DNA from: the human T2T-CHM13v2.0 reference genome, Homo sapiens
Direction: 5' to 3' (one strand)
Length of the DNA stretch: 64,000 nucleotides
NCBI RefSeq assembly: GCF_009914755.1
Contig: NC_060946.1
In this document: piece after piece, positions 51,743 through 64,000 of the stretch
Layout of the letters: each line of letters opens with the position of its first letter
How positions within the stretch are numbered: position 1 is the stretch's first letter
The notes under the pieces: generated by a model
Told to the model about the DNA's origin: nothing
Database searches by the model: none
Seen by the model: only the letters and a program-made list of their open reading frames with translations
Made by a program: the position numbers and the translations under genes

Positions 51743-52042
51743 GGAGGAGACAGGCCTTGTTACACACCTGTTTGCTGTTGTACCTCTGTTTGCTCTTTAG
51801 GTACAACAAATCATCAGCACTAATGTTAAAATAGAGATCATAAGACTGACAAAACTGACTCTGTGGCAATATAATACCAAATTATTGCCACAATTTAAGG
51901 CAGTGCAAGGCAAGTGTTAAGCCATGCATGCAGGTCAGCAATCTTGCTACATAGCATCCCTATCTCCACTTAAGAGTTAAAACTTTTATATCAGCTGACT
52001 CCAAGTTTTAGATAGAACATTACCCCTTTAACAGTTAAGCAA
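51743..52042 (+). mobile_element. MER4-group LTR, continuation; cut off at the L1 5' end
   Basis: 'ggaggagacaggccttgttacac...ttaaaatagagatcataagactgacaaaactgactctgtggcaat' continues the LTR interrupted at 47865. Confidence 0.6.
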
Positions 52043-52946
52043 GAGGGAGGAGCCAAGATGGCCGAATAGGAACAGCTCCGGTCTACAGCTCCCAGCCTGA
52101 GTGACGCAGAAGACGGGTGATTTCTGCATTTCCATCTGAGGTACCGGGTTCATCTCACTAGGGAGTGCCAGACAGTGGGCGCAGGCCAGTGGGTGCGCGC
52201 ACCGTGCACGAGCCGAAGCAGGTCGAGGCATTGCCTCACTTGGGAAGCGCAAGGGGTCAGGGAGTTCCCTTTCCAAGTCAAAGAAAGGGGTGACGGACGC
52301 ACCTGGAAAATCGGGTCACTCCCACCCGAATATTGCGCTTTTCACACCGGCTTAAAAAACGGCGCACCACGAGATTATATCCCACACCTGGCTCGGAGGG
52401 TCCTACGCCCACGGAATCTCACTGATTGCTAGCACAGCAGTCTGATCAAACTGCAAGGCGGCAGCGACCCTGGGGGAGGGGCGCCCGCCATTGCCCAGGC
52501 TTGCTTAGGTAAACAAAGCAGCCGGGAAGCTCGAACTGGGTGGAGCCCACCACAGCTCAAGGAGGCCTGCCTGCCTCTGTAGGCTCCACCTCTGGGGGCA
52601 GGGCACAGACAAACAAAAAGACAGCAGTAACCTCTGCAGACTTAAATATCCCTGTCTGACAGCTTTGAAGAGAGCAGTGGTTCTCCCAGCACGCAGCTGG
52701 AGATCTGAGAACCAGCAGACTGCCTCCTCAAGTGGGTCCCTGACCCCTGACCCCCGAGCAGCCTAACTAGGAGGCACCCCCCAGCAGGGGCACACTGACA
52801 CCTCACACAGCAGGGTATTCCAACAGACCTGCAGCTGAGGGTCCTGTCTGTTAGAAGGAAAACTAACAAAGAGAAAGGACATCCACACCGAAAACCCATC
52901 TGTACATCACCATCATCAAAGACCAAAAGTAGATAAAACCACAAAG
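52043..52946 (+). promoter_or_regulatory. L1 5'UTR internal sense promoter (YY1 site) and antisense promoter region
   Basis: YY1 motif 'caagatggccg' is intact and the UTR is CpG-rich. Its length matches the short UTR lacking the 129-bp segment of older L1PA. Confidence 0.8.
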
Positions 52947-53954
52947 ATGGGGAAAAAACAGAACAGAAAAACTGGAAACTCTACAACGCAGAGCGCCTCT
53001 CCTCCAAAGGAACGCAGTTCCTCACCAGCAACGGAACAAAGCTGGATGGAGAATGACTTTGACGAGCTGAGAGAAGGCTTCACACGATCAAATTCCTCTG
53101 AGCTACGGGAGGACATTCAAACCAAAGGCAAAGAAGTTGAAAACTTTGAAAAAAATTTAGAAGAATGTATAACTAGAATAACCAATACAGAGAAGTGCTT
53201 AAAGGAGCTGATGGAGCTGAAAACTAAGGCTCGAGAACTACGTGAAGAATGCAGAAGCCTCAGGAGCCGATGCGATCAACTGGAAGAAAGGGTATCAGCA
53301 ATGGAAGATAAAATGAATGAAATGAAGCGAGAAGGGAAGTTTAGAGAAAAAAGAATAAAAAGAAATGAACAAAGCCTCCAAGAAATATGGGACTATGTGA
53401 AAAGACCAAATCTACGTCTGATTGGTGTACCTGAAAGTGATGGGGAGAATGGAACCAAGTTGGAAAACACTCTGCAGGATATTATTCAGGAGAACTTCCG
53501 CAATCTAGCAGGGCAGGCCAACGTTCAGATTCAGGAAATACAGAGAACGCCACAAAGATACTCCTCGAGAAGAGCAACTCCAAGACACATAATTGTCAGA
53601 TTCACCAAAGTTGAAATGAAGGAAAAAATGTTAAGGGCAGCCAGAGAGAAAGGTCGGATTACCCTCAAAGGGAAGCCCATCAGACTAACAGTGGATCTCT
53701 CGGCAGAAACCCTACAAGCCAGAAGAGAGTGGGGGCCAATATTCAACATTCTTAAAGAAAAGAATTTTCAACCCAGAATTTCATATCCAGCCAAACTAAG
53801 CTTCATAAGTGGAGAAATAAAATACTTCACAGACAAGCAAATGCTGAGAGATTTTGTCACCACCAGGCCTGCCCTAAAAGAGCTCCTGAAGGAAGCACTA
53901 AACATGGAAAGGAACAACCGGTACCAGCAGCTGCAAAATCATGCCAAAATGTAA
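52947..53954 (+). CDS. L1 ORF1p (RNA-binding chaperone), 335 aa, uninterrupted
   Basis: MGKKQNRKTGNS...QNHAKM, with REKG, ARR and YPAKLS motifs present. Confidence 0.93.
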   Translation: MGKKQNRKTGNSTTQSASPPKERSSSPATEQSWMENDFDELREGFTRSNSSELREDIQTKGKEVENFEKNLEECITRITNTEKCLKELMELKTKARELREECRSLRSRCDQLEERVSAMEDKMNEMKREGKFREKRIKRNEQSLQEIWDYVKRPNLRLIGVPESDGENGTKLENTLQDIIQENFRNLAGQANVQIQEIQRTPQRYSSRRATPRHIIVRFTKVEMKEKMLRAAREKGRITLKGKPIRLTVDLSAETLQARREWGPIFNILKEKNFQPRISYPAKLSFISGEIKYFTDKQMLRDFVTTRPALKELLKEALNMERNNRYQQLQNHAKM

Positions 53955-54002
53955 AGACCATCGAGAATAGGAAGAAACTGCATCAACTAACGAGCAAAAT
54001 AA

Positions 54003-57845
<3,843 letters not shown>

Positions 57846-58075
57846 ACAATGAGATCCCATGGACACAGGAAGGGGAATATCACACTCTGGGGACTGTTGT
57901 GGGGTGGGGGGAGGGGGGAGGGATAGCATTGGGAAATACACCTAATGCTAGATGACGAGTTAGTGAGTGCAGCACACCAGCATGGCACATGTATACATGT
58001 GTAACCTGCACAATGTGCACATGTACCCTAAAACTTAAAGTATAATTAAAAAAAATAAAAAAATAAAAAATAAAA

Positions 58076-58558
58076 CAACTGCTCATTTTACCATCTCTTC
58101 AGTCCTTGACAAGCACCATTCTAACTTTTTTTTCCTATGAGTATATCTACTTAAGATACCTGATTATGAATGGAATCATAGACTGTCACTTTGTTCCTGG
58201 CTTATTTCAATTAACATGATCTTCTCCAGAATTATCATATAATGTGTCTTTTTAAAGACTGAATAATATTCGACTTTGTTTATGTGCCACTTGTTATTAA
58301 TCTGTTCATTGGTCAAGGGACATCTGGATTGTTTCTGCCTTTTGGCTTGTGTTAATAATATTGCAATAAATTTGGTTGTGCAAATATCTCTTCCAGATCT
58401 GCGTTGTATATTTTAAGTACATAGCCAGAAGGGGGTTTGCTGGATTATATAATAATCTCATTTTAAATTTTTTGAAGAGCTGTCATACTATTTTAAATAT
58501 CGGCTTGAGGCCGTAGATTATTGTGACTTTGCTTTGCATTTTTCTAGAAGAGTGATGT
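58076..58558 (-). mobile_element. Old L1M 3' region fragment
   Basis: 'caagcaccattctaact...ctacttaagatacctgattatgaatggaatcat...cttatttcaattaacatgat' is typical antisense L1MA/MB. Confidence 0.7.
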
Positions 58559-58572
58559 CGAGTATCCTTTTA

Positions 58573-59190
<618 letters not shown>

Positions 59191-59354
59191 TCATTTCAAA
59201 CATTTACCATTCTAAATCAAGTTATTAACTTTTTGTTGTTGTTGAATTTCAGAAGTTTATATCTTTTGGAAATTAACACCTACCAAATATGTGATTAGAA
59301 AATATTTTTACACTTTTTTGTTATATGTATGTATGTATGCACATATATTACCCT

Positions 59355-59472
59355 ATACAAGACAGGGTCTTGATATATTTTCATGGCTAGTCTCAAACTT
59401 TTGGCCTCAAATGATCGTTCTGACTTGGCCTCCTAAATTTCTAGAATTATAGGCTTGAGCCAGCATACCCAG
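59355..59472 (-). mobile_element. Old Alu monomer (FLAM/AluJ-like)
   Basis: 'agacagggtcttg...ggctagtctcaaacttttggcctcaaatgatc...attataggcttgagccagcatacccagg'. Confidence 0.65.
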
Positions 59473-60128
59473 GTTTCACCCACTTATTAGGAGACATTTG
59501 TATGCCACTAAATGTTTTCCTTGATGTGTAGAATACTTGAAGGTTAATGTAGTTCCTTTCTTTTTTGTTCTTTTCCTTGTTTCTTATGAATTTGATGTCA
59601 TACTTAAGCAAAGTTTTAAGACTTATGTCATAAACTTTTCCCCTATGTTTACTTCTAAGAATTTTATTAGTTTTTATGTTTAAGCATTAAATCCATTAAA
59701 AATCAACTTTTGTTTTTATGTATAATACAAAAGAAGCATCCAACTTTATTTTTGCTCTGTAAACATTCAATTTTGAAAATCCTTTGTTAAAGAGATTCTT
59801 ATTTTTCTATTGCATGGTCATGGAAAGCATATGGAAGATTATTTTATCACGTATGCGAGGGTTTATTTCCAGGATGTCTATTCTGTTTCATCATCTATGT
59901 ATCCGTTTTTGTGGCAATACCATATTGTTTTTATTTTTGTAGCTTTGTATCATGATTTTAAATCAGAAAATGTAATAACTCTTTGTCCTTTTTAAAGGGT
60001 GTTTGCCTAGTCACACTTCCTAAACAACTTTTAGAATTATACACAAAAATTCTGCAAAAAAAATACCATTGGGATTTAGATGAAAATTACATTACATTTT
60101 TATATCATCATGGGTAATACTGACAACC

Positions 60129-60446
60129 TTTTTTTTTTCCTTTGGAGATGGAGTTTTAGTGAGTCACTCAGGCTGAAGGGCAGTGGTGTGAGCTGTGCTC
60201 ACTGCAAGCTCTGCTTCCCATGTTCAAGCAATTCTCCAGTCTCAGCCACCAGTTCTCCAGTCTCAGCCACCAGAGTAGCTGGGATTACAGTCATGCACCA
60301 ACATGTATAGCTAACTTTTGTATTTTTAGTAGAGATAGGGTTTTGCCATGTTGGCCAGGCTAGTCTCAAACTTCTGATCTCAAGTGATCCACACACTTTG
60401 GACTCCCAAAGTCCTGGGATTACAGGCATGAGTCACGCGCCGGCCC
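60129..60446 (-). mobile_element. Full-length Alu (AluS/J-like) with a 19-bp internal tandem duplication
   Basis: T-tail and both arms present. 'ttctccagtctcagccacca' occurs twice. Flanked by ctgacaacctt / ctgacatctt (likely TSD). Confidence 0.85.
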
Positions 60447-60842
60447 TGACATCTTAACAATATTAAATCACCTGACACTTGAGCAAGACTATATGTAAGA
60501 TTTTGCTTAATTTCCTCTTATTTACGTATCTGAAACATTTTCTTGCTTTTGATTTCTAGTTTCATTTACATTGCATGACTTCAGTTTTCTTAAATTTAAT
60601 AAGACATGTATCCTAACAGAATGTACCATGTGTGATTGAGAATATTGCATATTTTGCTGCTTTCGATCGCAGAGTTCTGTAAATGCTTGTTAGGTCTATA
60701 ATGTTCAGGTTTGGCTTTCTTACTGATATTACATCTGACTATTCTAGTCATTATTGAAAGTGGAGTCTTGAAGTCCGCAATTGTTGTGTTGCTATATATT
60801 TCTTGCTTGACTTCTGTCAATATTTGTTTTACATATTTGAAA

Positions 60843-60958
60843 GACGAGAATGAGTTGAACCTGGGAGGCGGAGGTTGAAGTGAGCCAATCGCGAGATCGT
60901 GCCATTGTCCTCCAGCCTGGGAGACAGAAACTCTATCTCCAAAAAAAAAAAAGAAAGA
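60843..60958 (+). mobile_element. Alu right-arm 3' fragment with A-tail
   Basis: 'gagaatgagttgaacctgggaggcggaggttgaagtgagcc...ccagcctgggagacaga...aaaaaaa'. Confidence 0.85.
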
Positions 60959-62426
60959 TATCAGTGTTATTTATAGTAATATAAAAATTTAATGTAATTT
61001 TTATCAAAATCCCAATGGTATATTTTTGCAGATTTTTCAAATTATATATATGATTTCTAAATTATTGTTATGGATTTCTTGCAAGTTAATCCATCTCACC
61101 GTTACATAATAACAATCTGTCTCTTTTTAAAATTTTTAACTTAAAATATATTTTGTTTAATATAATTATGACCATGCCCCTCCAATTGTAGCTACTCTTT
61201 GCATAAAATATATTTTCTTTATACTGCTACTTTCAACTTATTTGAATCCTTAGAGCTAAAGTGACTCTTGTAGAGAGTACATTGCTGGATCTTCTTTGTT
61301 CTTAATCCATTAAATCATTTTATGCATTTTCTTTAAGGTATTTAACTTTTTGTATTTGAAGTAATTACTGTAGTTAATGAAGTTACTATTATTATTTGTA
61401 ATTGTCTTCTGTGTTTCTTGTAGATGTGTTATTTATCATTTTTTTCTCTTACTGCTTTATTTTTCTTCATTGATTTTGTAGTGACATGATTCAATTTCTT
61501 TCTCATTTGCTTCTGCATACCATCTACAGGTTTTTTTGTAATCATCTTGAGAAATAAAGACTTCATAAAACATCTTAAAGTTATGACAATATATAATGAC
61601 TATATTTCAATGGAATGCAAAGCTGTACCTCTTTATACCCCCACTTTGTTATTAATATCACTTGTTATCTTTTCTTATTGAGTATCTATGAACCCATATT
61701 TATGCAGCTTTCTGCTTCATTTTTTAAATTCCATAGCAATAACGTGAAAGTTTTGTGCACCATCATTATGACAGTAGAGGTTTCTATAGCTATTTATGTA
61801 TTTACCTTTAATAGAGAGCTTTCTATTTTCATATGCTTCTATGACGCTGTGCGGCATATATTGTCATTTTTGGACGTGATAGACTTTCTTTTACATTTCC
61901 TTTAGCACTGTTCCAGTGGTTAGTAACACACTCAACCTTTATTTGTTTTGGAAATGCTTAACTTTTTTTTTCTGAAGTGAAATTATTCCAGTTGAAGGTT
62001 TTTGTTTAGCATGATTTCTTCTTGTTTAATTACCTTGTCATCTAGGGAGTTCTCAGCTACTTTTTAAAAATATCCTCTTTATTATTTTTCTCCTATACTG
62101 TTTTTCTAAGACTCCTTTTATAAATACAGTGGTCCACTTGGTGGTGTGCTGTAAGTCCCAATTTTCATTTTTTCTCTATTCTGTTTAAAAAATTTGTTTT
62201 CATGAATCAGTATTTATAAGTGCAATGTTATCAACTGTCTAATTTTTTCTGCTTTATTAAATCCACTTTTGTGACTGCTGATTAAATTTTTAATATAGTT
62301 ACTGTGTTCTTCAGAGTCACAATTTTTCTTGGTTTTTAAAAATCTTTTTATTGATATCTCGTTTTCTTCATGCATCACTTCTAATATTCTTTTGTTGTCT
62401 ATGTTCTGTTTTTGTTCATTAAGCAC

Positions 62427-64000
62427 TTTTTTCTAATTACATTTTAATGTAATTAGAATGTCCACCTTTACAATACACAAATACAGTAACGGTAACTCGA
62501 ACTAAAACAAAGCATACTTCTGATAGCCATTATTTTTCTCTTTGGGACAAATTTAAAGTTTTTCTTTTGTCACAAAAACAGGAATGTACTTATACAAAGG
62601 CTCAAAATAGGCCATCTTTTTAAACAAAAAGGCAATGATTCACAAAAGACTATGAATAGAACATGTAACTAATTGATACAAATCTAATAGGATTTGTTAA
62701 AATCAGCCACATCCAATACATCTGAAGTGTTCTTGTATAAAATATCACGTGAAGAAAAGACTTTATCAATATCTTAAAAAGTGGGTTTGTTCATAGTCTG
62801 ACAAGTTACCATTAAAAGTGTTTCCTGTGACATAAGGAAATGCAATATTATTTTTCTTGAACCCTTTCAGCGCAAGACTTTCCACTCAATAAAATCGCAG
62901 AGGATCTGAAACTGAGAAAATATACTTGATTACTAACAGCTTGTGAAACTTAATACTTTTTTTTTTTTTTTTGCATCATCAGCGGCTTTTACTGAACTTA
63001 CAACCAACTTGCCGCTCAATATGCAGCTCAGATGTGAGAGACGCGTCTCTGTACAGGAGCCCGTACTGTCTTCAATCCTTTGCATGCAGGTGTTTACCAC
63101 AGGCAAACAGTTTACTCCACATTTTCTAGTAATGTAATCTTCCTATTAGCAAAAAGCGGTAACCAGTCCCTGTAGACTGAAGGGACTCAAGTCACAGGAT
63201 GCGGATTTCCTCTTCATGGTTTTTATTTTGATATTTGAACTGCTGATGCAACATATAAGCAGGGTGTTCAGGACCTGCTGTGCCTAAGGGACTGATAAAG
63301 GGAAAAGTTCTATTTATTCTTTGTGATTTGATGCACAGATGAAAAACTTAACACACAATAATAGAAGTTGGTCGTTAGTAAATCACACCCTAGTCTTTCA
63401 GAGCTTCCGTAAGCAGACGACATTGTCAGTTTTCTAGCTCTTGTTTTAACACTGCAACAACAATGATGCATATGTCCGGAATCAGCTAAAAAGGCCGTCA
63501 GATTCTTTTTCTCTTAGATTATCTATTTTTCACTGTTCCCAAGTATATCTGAATAATTACCTTCCGGCATTCTCTGCTATTGCTCGTTGGGATGCTCTCG
63601 ACTGTCCCCGTGTTTTGTGGGCTGTTGGGAGAGGGCCCTTGGGAAGGATGTACCACTGTTGGGAGGTTGTCGGTCACTGGGATGTCTCCAGGGATGATGT
63701 CTTCCCTGGCTGCAGAAGTCCTCCTGGAGCCACGCCCACCATGCCTGGCAGATATCTGTAGGTAGCACCACTGAGCTCAGGATGAATTTGTTGCTGGTCT
63801 ATTACGGACCAAAGCGCTGATGTGACAAAGAATTCCTTGTTCACACAGTTTCTTAAGCTTCCCGGGATGCGACTTATGATGGCTTGGCGGATCTCAGTGG
63901 CAACTGCCTCGCTCATCTCCAGTGACACCTGCTGGCTGTAGCAGGCAGTGAGAGGAGTGCAGATGAGATTCCAGGCATCTTTCAACAGACCCCGAGCAAA
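62427..64000 (-). pseudogene. Processed pseudogene of CTBP2: C-terminal coding part plus ~1.1-kb 3'UTR; continues beyond the window
   Basis: Minus-strand translation '[89 protein letters not shown]...QPTKHGDSREHPNEQ*' matches the CTBP2 C-terminus, with frameshifts and no introns. Stop at 63577; ATTAAA and a short A-tail near 62427-62448. Confidence 0.9.

Noticed and set aside
52270-52491. L1 antisense ORF0
   Set aside because: The ATG is present, but 'tctgatcaaa' lacks 2 nt relative to the consensus 'tctgagatcaaa', which frameshifts ORF0.

Overview
Primate (human/great-ape-like) pericentromeric DNA with no intact host gene. Left to right: (1) about 6.4 kb of euchromatic-type sequence full of old repeats (MIR, L2, MLT1, MER30, MER5A, MADE1). 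(2) An abrupt join from a truncated Alu into a 5'-truncated HERV-K(HML-2) LTR5_Hs-type LTR. The LTR is followed by GAATTC and CER satellite, the signature described for the centromeric K111/K105 insertion. (3) A ~38.7-kb array of the 48-bp CER (D22Z3) satellite. It has a degenerate higher-order pattern, nested tandem duplications (one perfect 480 bp) and a tiny L1-tail insertion. (4) A GC-rich non-repeat segment. (5) A class III (ERVL, LTR66-like) proviral remnant whose two termini are the same LTR end in inverted orientation, inserted with a 5-bp TSD into an older LTR. (6) A full-length L1PA2/3 with an open ORF1, an ORF2 broken by one nonsense codon, and no TSD. (7) Old L1/Alu sequence carrying FAM104B and CTBP2 processed pseudogenes. 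The many ORFs over the satellite arise from its 48-bp period. Repeat and gene names come from recalled consensus sequences, not from database searches.
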